A DNA stretch of 64,000 nucleotides from a virus. The notes beneath the pieces are model-generated. The model worked only from the letters and a program-made list of their open reading frames with translations. It ran no database searches and was not told the DNA's origin. A program made the translations under genes and the position numbers. This document shows, piece after piece, positions 55,958-64,000 of the stretch (positions are counted from its first letter, which is position 1; every line of letters begins with the position of its first letter). The stretch covers positions 1-64,000 of the IMG/VR virus record IMGVR_UViG_3300042484_003756. One strand, given 5' to 3'.

Positions 55958-58621
55958 ATGAAATTTGTATTCAACGATAGTTTAGCAGCTTCCGTATCAG
56001 TTAATGAAACAGAATTGACTGATATTCGTTTTGTGCCTAGTGGCATTATTCTAGAGAAAAAAATTGTCACTTCTGCAACCATAAATAATATTGATGAATT
56101 ATATGATGCAGTTAAAGGTTTTAAAACAGAGGCAGAGTTAGAGAATTTTCTAAATACTAATTCTGAAGCTCAATCTTTGTTGAAAGATAACAAAAATCTT
56201 GTTAAATTTACAAGAAAAATGTCTGGAATGTTTGGTAAAAATACTACAAATTCTGGAAATGATCCAGTTTCAATGGCTACCAAAATTTTATCAGAGGGAG
56301 CAGAACAAGCTGGAGAACCTGGATCACGTTTTGCTCCTTATTTGTCATCTAAAGATCAGATTATAGCAAGATTAAAACCATTTATGGCTGATAAACAAAT
56401 TGGAGAGTTATTCTATAAGTTTGAAGAGGTAATCAAACTGCCTTTTACAGAAATTATAGGAATTTTAGAATATTGTATTCAGCAATCTAGAAGTTGTAAT
56501 GCTAAAGTAAAAGATCTTATTGATTTCTATGCTGACCACTATTCTCAGAAACGTCAAGGCGCTAATACAAAAAGAATTATTGAAACTGCTTGTGAGTATC
56601 AAAAATTAAATCCAACAGTAGACATATTCTCTGTTCTTAAAGACGCAGTAAACGGGAATCAACCAAAAGTTGGCCTTGGATATTTATCAAAAGATCCTGA
56701 TGCACAACTTGTTTTTGATAACTTAATAATGCTTTCACAAGCAAGTCTTCCAGAACAAGACGAAGAAATCAGAAGAAGATTCCAAGCAAGTAGGGACGCT
56801 TTACAAAACCAAGAACAAAAAGTAAATATGCAAAGAGCTATTTACGACATGATGAAAACTGAAGAAATGAATCGCCAGCTTTCTAGAATGATCAAAAGCC
56901 TTGGTACTACATTTGAGTTCTTACTAACTCAACCTATGTATAGAGCTTTGAAAGATATGTTTTATAATTTGAATGCTGGAAAAATATTGATGAATCAAAC
57001 ATCAAGCATTTTTACAGGTGATACATCTCCAGAAAACAGAAGAGTCAAACCTAATGAACAGCAAGCTGAAAATGAAAATGTATTCCCACAAATTCAAGAA
57101 TCAAAACAACCTTTCTCATTCAATCAATATAGTTTTCTAAAATTAGCAAGCCCTGAAGTTTCTAGACATATTTTTGCACAAACAGCTCCCGTAGCAACAC
57201 CAGAACAAAAAAAAGAAGCTCAAAGTGGATTGTCAAGGATTTTTCAATCATTAAAAGACGTAGCAAATAAACTTATTCAATCGATTAAAGATAAATTGTC
57301 GCAAACAGGTCAAGCTATAAATAATGCGTGGCAAAATATTATTGGAAAAATAGTTAATTTCTTTAAAGCTTTAGAAAATGCAGTCAAAAGTTTACTTAGT
57401 AAAATTGGTTCAAACTCCATAACTTTTGATAGTGTTGCAGAGGCATTTAGTGGAGTTATTGACATTTTAAAAGGTGGTAGTGGGTCAACAAATGCTTCAT
57501 CAATTAAAATTATTAAAACAGCACAAAGAGATCCTCAGCAAGGAACAACATACGCTGGTGGAAGCAAAAGTAATCAATTCATTTTAAATGGAATTGGATT
57601 GGCTACTCAAATGGGTACATTTATTCTTGGAGCACTTTTTGCTCCAAGATTTCTTGCTGTGATGGACTGGGGCTCCGTAGTCAATTCAATCCTACCTTTG
57701 ACTTCAATGTTTGTTGCAAATTTACAAGAATTTTTTTTACAAACAAATTTAGTTGGTAAAAATGCTCCTCAAAGCTCAATGTTTTTTGATCCAAAAACTG
57801 GAAAAATGACTCAACAAGGTTTGCAAATTATGGCAAACAATCAAGAAACAATGATTTCTTTAGGAATAGCTGATGAAGATGCTATGGCTTTGGGTAAATT
57901 TAGAGTTCAAAAACAAGAACTCATGTCTCAGTTATCAAAAAAAGAAAGTATTCTTGATCTTGCAGAAACGCAAACAGTTCAAACTGGTGGTGGCAATAAA
58001 GAAACCACTGTGGGCGATTTACCAGCTGATTTTCAAGTCAAAGTTAATGAATTTTTAAGTTTTTGTGAAAAAATTGAATTACAATTTAAAGCAGCCTTAA
58101 ATATTTTTAGATCTGCTATTACTTTCAATCAAACAAATTACAATGATGTACAGAAAACACAAGCTGAAGGCTTGTTAGCTGAATTTGAAAAAGACTTGAA
58201 AGAAGTTCAGGCTAAAATTTCAGAATGGTCCAGTCAGAAGAAAATAGCTGGACATCTAATGCGAAAAAGAATTTTACTGCAAAAATTAAAACCATTGCAA
58301 ACTCAATTAGACACAATGAAAAAATTGGGCATTCCAATGTCAAATATTATCGCTTCACCAAATGGAATTCTTGCTCAAGTTGGCAGAATTAGATATGAAG
58401 AGCAACAAGCATTAGATAAATTAAGAAACGAATATCAAGAAAAAATGCAACTCTTGAAGAACCCAGATATCATCGCTCCAATGATGAAATACCCAACTGA
58501 CACTGGAGTTACTAAATTGCCTGAGAGTCCAGATCAAACAGATTCAAATAGATCTCCTTTTGATGCTCCTGAAGATTCACAATTTAGTTCAAAAGAAGAA
58601 TTCAATACTGGAGCAATATAA
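55958..58621 (+). CDS. large helical protein, probable internal virion/ejection protein
   Basis: Gln-rich helices, KLAS and KTAQ motifs, hydrophobic hairpin at ~57578-57720. Confidence 0.5.
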   Translation: MKFVFNDSLAASVSVNETELTDIRFVPSGIILEKKIVTSATINNIDELYDAVKGFKTEAELENFLNTNSEAQSLLKDNKNLVKFTRKMSGMFGKNTTNSGNDPVSMATKILSEGAEQAGEPGSRFAPYLSSKDQIIARLKPFMADKQIGELFYKFEEVIKLPFTEIIGILEYCIQQSRSCNAKVKDLIDFYADHYSQKRQGANTKRIIETACEYQKLNPTVDIFSVLKDAVNGNQPKVGLGYLSKDPDAQLVFDNLIMLSQASLPEQDEEIRRRFQASRDALQNQEQKVNMQRAIYDMMKTEEMNRQLSRMIKSLGTTFEFLLTQPMYRALKDMFYNLNAGKILMNQTSSIFTGDTSPENRRVKPNEQQAENENVFPQIQESKQPFSFNQYSFLKLASPEVSRHIFAQTAPVATPEQKKEAQSGLSRIFQSLKDVANKLIQSIKDKLSQTGQAINNAWQNIIGKIVNFFKALENAVKSLLSKIGSNSITFDSVAEAFSGVIDILKGGSGSTNASSIKIIKTAQRDPQQGTTYAGGSKSNQFILNGIGLATQMGTFILGALFAPRFLAVMDWGSVVNSILPLTSMFVANLQEFFLQTNLVGKNAPQSSMFFDPKTGKMTQQGLQIMANNQETMISLGIADEDAMALGKFRVQKQELMSQLSKKESILDLAETQTVQTGGGNKETTVGDLPADFQVKVNEFLSFCEKIELQFKAALNIFRSAITFNQTNYNDVQKTQAEGLLAEFEKDLKEVQAKISEWSSQKKIAGHLMRKRILLQKLKPLQTQLDTMKKLGIPMSNIIASPNGILAQVGRIRYEEQQALDKLRNEYQEKMQLLKNPDIIAPMMKYPTDTGVTKLPESPDQTDSNRSPFDAPEDSQFSSKEEFNTGAI

Positions 58622-59274
58622 TGTTTAGAAAAATTACATCTCAGATTGAAATTTATCCTGACTACACTCCAACTTTATCTAGATCTGATTTTGACAAAAA
58701 TGAATCAAAAATTGATTTAGAAATTAAGAATATTGAAAAAAAATATCCTTTAAATCAACAAATAGCAGTAAATGTTAACTTTAATAATAAAGAACAAAAT
58801 CTTGAAGATTATTTAAAATTATTAAAACAACAAAAAGCTGATATGGAAGAAAAGAAAAACGTTGGTGAAATGTATGATAATTCTTTATTTCAAAATATTG
58901 GTAGCAAAAATGTTGAGGTTTCTACTGAAGAAAGCCGTGAAAGGTTAAAAAAAGATATAGCTGCTCTTGAAAAACAGATTCAAGTAAGAGAACAAACATT
59001 AGCAGAAATTGACAATTATGTTGTTACTTTGCTTACTGGAGAAATAGCACAATTGAGTATTGCACATACTAATGCAAAGTTTATCAAAATTGCTAATCAA
59101 CCATCTGAAGAAGAAGTATTAGAACCTGTTGAAGATTATTTTGACAAACTTTATGATAATACTCCTGGTAGCCCAAATTACGGGAAGTTAATGACTCACC
59201 CTGAAAAGCACAGAAATGAATTATCAACAGAAGCGCAAGTTGAAAATTCAAAACCAAAGTTCAAAAAGAAATAA
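58621..59274 (+). CDS. coiled-coil protein, probable internal virion protein
   Basis: MFRKITSQ N-terminus, FIKIANQ motif. Confidence 0.5.
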   Translation: MFRKITSQIEIYPDYTPTLSRSDFDKNESKIDLEIKNIEKKYPLNQQIAVNVNFNNKEQNLEDYLKLLKQQKADMEEKKNVGEMYDNSLFQNIGSKNVEVSTEESRERLKKDIAALEKQIQVREQTLAEIDNYVVTLLTGEIAQLSIAHTNAKFIKIANQPSEEEVLEPVEDYFDKLYDNTPGSPNYGKLMTHPEKHRNELSTEAQVENSKPKFKKK

Positions 59275-59293
59275 TCTTCTTTACAATTAATTT

Positions 59294-62200
59294 ATGTTAG
59301 ACATTGATTTTATCGAATATGATAAAATTTCAATTCATTCAGACGCATTTATTACGTCAGCTGAATTAAATTGTTATTTTCAGTATATACCGTCCACTAA
59401 AGCAATTTCTTATAATATCAAGAAAGAATTGCATACTGCTGGTACGACTGAAGATCCAGATGATTATAAAATTCCCGATGTTTCAAGTAAAATTCTTCCA
59501 AGAAAGCTTTACCGTATTAATCCATTTCATACTAATTATTCTGAAAATTTAGAATTAAATAAAGTAAATACTGACCCAGATATTATATATCCGACACAAA
59601 TAAAAGAGCGCAAAGAAAAAATAATTGATTACAGTTCTTTAGGACTGAACTCTGATCAAATTGAATTTATGCAAGCCCTTCAAAGTCTAAAATCTTTCAA
59701 AACAGATGACTCAATTAAACAATTAAATATTGAACAGTTTGAATCAGTTGATGAAAGAGTGATGAATGGATTTTTTCAACTATATCCAAGATTCATGGAG
59801 ATGCTTTCTACTGGGGTAAGTACTGGATCGTTCAATCAGTTCTTTGAAGATACAGAAACTTCAGAGTCTAATAATGAAAATCAAGCACTTATAAATGAGA
59901 ACATCAAAAGATTGGGTTTTAATCCAGGTGAAGTCACAGTAAAAAAAAAATTTGAAGTAAGACCAGGTAATGCTTTAAAAAATGAAGTCAACGCTTATCT
60001 TCAAGACATATCTCTCACAAACAATGAATCAAATAAATCATTTAGCGTGAGTAACAATTCTACTACAAATCTAAATCAAATAAATTTACAAAATAATAAT
60101 AAAATTGATTTACAAGTAAGATCATCTAAAACAGTTAACAACATAAGTACTGCTAACAATACTGATTTTAATTTTATCAACAATACTAATAGAACTGTCA
60201 ATCAACAAATAACTAATTTAAGTAAGTTTTCTGAAGCTACTAAGATTGATTTTGAAAATTTATATAAATCTTTTTTGAAAGATTTGAACATTACGCCTAA
60301 TATTGAAAATCAATTCTTTAAGATAATCAACCAGCATAGTAAAAACTTAAGTATTGAGTTTAACAGAATACTCAATCACTCTGAAAAAACTGTCTACGAA
60401 ACCAATCTTAAGAACTTATCAACTTCTTACAATTTTTATAGACATATTGAAAATAGATACAGAGAATTTATTCAAAACTTAAACTTCTTCAATGATACAG
60501 TCCAGCAAATTAAGCAAACTGAAATCAATCTTAAAAACACATATCAAAATATTCACAGACACAGTGTAACTCATAAAAATAACCATTTTAAAAATATTGT
60601 TAATCTTACTAAAAATATCAATTATGAATACACTGCAAATGATTATGAATTTCAGTATGCAGTTTTAAAAACAATTAAAAATAGTAATCAATATGTTGAG
60701 AACAAGATAACTAAAATCAAAAATGATTTAAATGTAGCTCAGCAAAATATTTCTTTTGTTCACCATAGAATGGTCCATATTCAAGAAAAGACAAATAATT
60801 ACGTAGCAAAAGAAATCAAAAATGTTTTGAACAACACTGAATATATTGACGAATACTCAAATATCATAGTTAACAAAATTAGCAACATATCCAACAATCA
60901 AACAGTAAGAGCTTTACTATCTTTAGTCACAAACGAAGAACAATTAAGAAATATTTACACAGTATTGAAGCAAAGTAATATCAATACTTCTAACATTAAA
61001 AATCTAGTTGATGTTTTAAATTATTCTAAAAATAATAATTTAGAAATTACTAAAGTATCAAGCTCTACAGTTGAAAATATTAAAAATCTTGTTAATGTTT
61101 CTAAAAATGTTGTTTCTTTTGATAACACTGAAAACCAGATACTTAATAAATTATCTTCATTAAATATCACTCAAGAACTAAAATCTTTTGTCAATTTATC
61201 AGAAAGTAAATCGTTCACTAGAATTGCGCAAAGTTACAAAAATATTTCAAATGTAATTGAAAACTTAAATACAACTTCAATAAATCCTAAATTGTCTTCA
61301 ATTCGTGTGGACCAAAAAAATGTTGAAAATTTCAATCAAATAATTAATAAATCTAATTTTGGATTTGTAGTAGAAAAACTGTCAAACTTTAATACAGAAA
61401 ATATTACAGAAAAAATTAATTTACTTAAAAACATCAACGTCACTCAAGATATTAAAAAAACAGAAAATTTAGTAAGAAAAGTTACTAGGCTGGCAAGATA
61501 CAACAACGTAAATCAAGTTACAGAAAATCTTGAAAATTTAATAACACAAGAAAACAATATAAGCACAACAGAATTCAAAACAGAAATTCAAAACTTAAAG
61601 AATTTAATAAATGTTTCAAAAAGTATAGATATTTCTAAAATTGATAATGTCAAGATTTCTCAAATTAGTTTAATATCTGAAAATATTGAAAAACTTTCTA
61701 AAATAAATCAAGTAAACAATTTGACAGAAGAACATATTGAAGTTGTTAAGAAGATTAGTCAACTGGAAAATGTTACACAGAAAAAAATCAATCAAGTTGA
61801 AAATATTATCAATCTTACAAATAAAACTGATTTATCTAATGTGAAATTATCATCTATAAATCAAATTACAGAAATTATTCAAAAGGTTTCTAATTTTGAA
61901 AATAAAGATTTATTGAATATTGTAAACTTGACAAAGACTGTGCAAGAAAGAAAAATCTACAATAGAATTTCCAATCTTATCAAAAATGTAGAAGTTCTGG
62001 ATACTGTCAATGTAACTCAAGAAACTGCTCAGAATATTTCTAAGATTTCCAATACTAATAATATCAATCAAATTACTAAAGATTTAAACTTAATTTCTCA
62101 AAATTACAGAGAATTTAAAACTAGCGTCCAACAAATAAATAAGATTTCACAAGTCAAAAATGTTGATCAAATAGTAAAGAATTTAAACTTTATAAACAAT

Positions 62201-63211
62201 GTTATCCAAGAAAATAATGTTGTAAATCGTGTAAGTAAAATAGATCAAAAAGACTTTATTACTGCCATCAATTTGAGTAAGAATTACATTCAATCTTTCA
62301 ACAGATTTGAAAGCAAGATAAGCAATATTTCTCAAAGACAAAAGATTAGAGAAACTTTACAAGATATCAATGTTACTAATAATGTCCAGAACAATTCTGT
62401 GTTGCAAGTTACTAACAAAACTCAAAAGGTCCAGCTTCAAGAATTTATTCATAATTTAAATTTATTAGAAACTGAGAAGAATACTACGATCTTAAATCGT
62501 TATAGTTTTGAAAGCAATAAAAAGAATATTTCTAACTTATTTTCTGAGTTAAACGTTACTCAACAAATCAAACAAGAGAAGAGAACTGAGCGTGAATTTG
62601 CCCGTATTTCCAAGCGTTTAGAAAAAATGAATAGAGAGACCATCAAGGTTCAGGGAAATTCATATAAAGTAGAACAAAATTTCTTTGATATGATGAATTT
62701 CTATAATGAGCAAAAAGTAACAAAGACAAGTAAAGATAGAAAAGTTAGTAATTTTATTCAGTTACTAGATGTCTTGAATATTCAAAAAACTACTAATGAA
62801 CGCAAAGTTACTCAAAAGATTCAAAAGATTGAGCAGACACAAAATCGCATTGTAAATAATACTTCTCAAATTAAAATTGATGTTTACAAAGAGAAGAAAG
62901 ATAATTATTACAAAGTAGATAATCGTCAAACTTTCACTACAAATAATTATCACCAAGAGAAAGAAGAGCAGAAAAAGACAGAAAAGATAGTTGAAAACAA
63001 AGTAGAAGAGTTGCTTGTCAAGAAAATTGAAAATGTAACAAATAATTTAGTGTCCAATGTCATCACTAAAAATGAATTCCACACTATTAAAAAAGAAATA
63101 ATCCAAGAAATTTACAACATAGAAATGAAGACAGAAGAACGAATCAAAGAGCTGCGTAAGGAAACCCAGCAGACTGTACAAACTATGTTAGATAGATTCC
63201 TGAGAAGTTAA
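59294..63211 (+). CDS. Asn/Ile/Lys/Gln-rich low-complexity giant protein
   Basis: 1305-aa uninterrupted ORF; TACAAT 6 nt upstream. Confidence 0.65.
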   Translation: MLDIDFIEYDKISIHSDAFITSAELNCYFQYIPSTKAISYNIKKELHTAGTTEDPDDYKIPDVSSKILPRKLYRINPFHTNYSENLELNKVNTDPDIIYPTQIKERKEKIIDYSSLGLNSDQIEFMQALQSLKSFKTDDSIKQLNIEQFESVDERVMNGFFQLYPRFMEMLSTGVSTGSFNQFFEDTETSESNNENQALINENIKRLGFNPGEVTVKKKFEVRPGNALKNEVNAYLQDISLTNNESNKSFSVSNNSTTNLNQINLQNNNKIDLQVRSSKTVNNISTANNTDFNFINNTNRTVNQQITNLSKFSEATKIDFENLYKSFLKDLNITPNIENQFFKIINQHSKNLSIEFNRILNHSEKTVYETNLKNLSTSYNFYRHIENRYREFIQNLNFFNDTVQQIKQTEINLKNTYQNIHRHSVTHKNNHFKNIVNLTKNINYEYTANDYEFQYAVLKTIKNSNQYVENKITKIKNDLNVAQQNISFVHHRMVHIQEKTNNYVAKEIKNVLNNTEYIDEYSNIIVNKISNISNNQTVRALLSLVTNEEQLRNIYTVLKQSNINTSNIKNLVDVLNYSKNNNLEITKVSSSTVENIKNLVNVSKNVVSFDNTENQILNKLSSLNITQELKSFVNLSESKSFTRIAQSYKNISNVIENLNTTSINPKLSSIRVDQKNVENFNQIINKSNFGFVVEKLSNFNTENITEKINLLKNINVTQDIKKTENLVRKVTRLARYNNVNQVTENLENLITQENNISTTEFKTEIQNLKNLINVSKSIDISKIDNVKISQISLISENIEKLSKINQVNNLTEEHIEVVKKISQLENVTQKKINQVENIINLTNKTDLSNVKLSSINQITEIIQKVSNFENKDLLNIVNLTKTVQERKIYNRISNLIKNVEVLDTVNVTQETAQNISKISNTNNINQITKDLNLISQNYREFKTSVQQINKISQVKNVDQIVKNLNFINNVIQENNVVNRVSKIDQKDFITAINLSKNYIQSFNRFESKISNISQRQKIRETLQDINVTNNVQNNSVLQVTNKTQKVQLQEFIHNLNLLETEKNTTILNRYSFESNKKNISNLFSELNVTQQIKQEKRTEREFARISKRLEKMNRETIKVQGNSYKVEQNFFDMMNFYNEQKVTKTSKDRKVSNFIQLLDVLNIQKTTNERKVTQKIQKIEQTQNRIVNNTSQIKIDVYKEKKDNYYKVDNRQTFTTNNYHQEKEEQKKTEKIVENKVEELLVKKIENVTNNLVSNVITKNEFHTIKKEIIQEIYNIEMKTEERIKELRKETQQTVQTMLDRFLRS

Positions 63212-63214
63212 TAA

Positions 63215-64000
63215 ATGGCCACTTATAAAACAGACAGAGATAGAAATTATGGATTTGTAGGTAAATTCAAGTTTAACTATACTGTTAGGTTTGATGACCA
63301 AGGCGCAATCATTGATTTTGGAAGAGTTTCTGTATTGGCCGGGGCTTATATCATTTTTAGGCAAGGTTTAGAATTTACTGCAGAAATATCTATAGGCAGA
63401 GCGTTTCCAGGCTCTGTAGCAGATTCCATTTCAGATGGTGGCGGTTTCAATTGGTTTGGAGAAACCGCAGATAGATTTAAACTAACAATACCAATTTACA
63501 AGCTTGGAGACAATTTTGGCAATAAAATACCTCTTTTGTTTAAACTTAAAGGCACAGGAGTTGATTTACGAGGCTCATTTATTTTAGATGTTCAACCACC
63601 AAAAGATGAAAATATAGATAGTTTTTTTAATATAGGTGGATCAAATATTAATAATCTTGGAAAAAGATATTACAGAGATATATCTGGAACAGTTGAAGGA
63701 TATATTTATAAAGGCAACCCATTGCTAGAAATGGTTGAAATTCTTGAACACTATCCATTAAAAGAAAACAGAGTACCCAATACTTGTCAAACAACAAATC
63801 AAGTATGGAATCCAGAAGAACTCACAGAAAAAACTGTAAGACAATGGCCAAAATATACTACTTTAAATTGGTTTGAAACTATTGATTTTTCAAAAAAAGC
63901 AAGAGTTGGTATATACATTATTCACACTAAATCAAATGGACAAACAAGTAGATTTAGTAAGTTTCAAGATTATGCGCCAGATTCTTTTGAAAGAGTTTTT
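63215..64000 (+). CDS. 5' part of a gene running off the window (MATYKTDRDRNYGFVG...), probable structural protein
   Basis: ATG at 63215, 3 nt after the previous stop; frame reads open where translated and appears to run to the window end. Confidence 0.65.
   Translation, partial: MATYKTDRDRNYGFVGKFKFNYTVRFDDQGAIIDFGRVSVLAGAYIIFRQGLEFTAEISIGRAFPGSVADSISDGGGFNWFGETADRFKLTIPIYKLGDNFGNKIPLLFKLKGTGVDLRGSFILDVQPPKDENIDSFFNIGGSNINNLGKRYYRDISGTVEGYIYKGNPLLEMVEILEHYPLKENRVPNTCQTTNQVWNPEELTEKTVRQWPKYTTLNWFETIDFSKKARVGIYIIHTKSNGQTSRFSKFQDYAPDSFERVF

Noticed and set aside
59941-59950. A10 homopolymer as phase-variation or slippage site
   Set aside because: The ORF is intact and A-runs are expected at this base composition.
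359-62956. Many short antisense or alternative-frame ORFs in the track (e.g. 359-586, 16481-16810, 17231-17602, 20199-20501, 32911-33249)
   Set aside because: They lie within long motif-bearing genes, lack RBS or recognisable motifs, and are expected shadows of codon bias.
1-64000. Genome-wide stop-codon reassignment (UGA=Trp or UAG=Gln) as explanation for the in-frame UGA at 5840
   Set aside because: Genes are intact in code 11; TGA is a genuine stop in coupled overlaps (24566, 33574, 37768, 39129) and TAG ends several genes (e.g. 18026, 32764).
1-64000. tRNA, rRNA, CRISPR array, integrase or transposase
   Set aside because: No cloverleaf, spaced direct repeats or recombinase motifs were seen by eye; intergenic spaces are mostly short and explained by terminators and promoters. 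A covariance-model scan was not possible.

Overview
This window is a gene-dense, AT-rich segment of a large tailed dsDNA phage genome (Caudoviricetes, probably a jumbo phage), read in standard code 11. On the + strand, 1-21.5 kb is a head module: putative small terminase, large terminase, a run of probable internal head proteins, a portal with a fused DUF559/Vsr-like nuclease domain, a 1379-aa prohead protease polyprotein, an acidic scaffold-like protein, a decoration protein and a short HK97-fold major capsid protein. A 17-kb nucleotide-sugar/branched-sugar biosynthesis island (21.5-38.6 kb) follows directly. A neck/tail module lies on the - strand (38.5-55.7 kb), and further probable virion proteins on the + strand to the end. 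The most notable signals are: a pervasive K/R-x-A-(S/Q) motif, plus N-terminal WY/FRK-type and dispersed E-x-Q-L peptides, concentrated in head-associated proteins, suggesting a cargo-tagging and proteolytic processing system; a portal-nuclease fusion; an in-frame UGA separating a head protein from a start-less DUF192 domain; a possible virion-glycosylation pathway for branched deoxysugars; and two distinct promoter classes. All family calls come from recognising motifs by eye; no database search was run.
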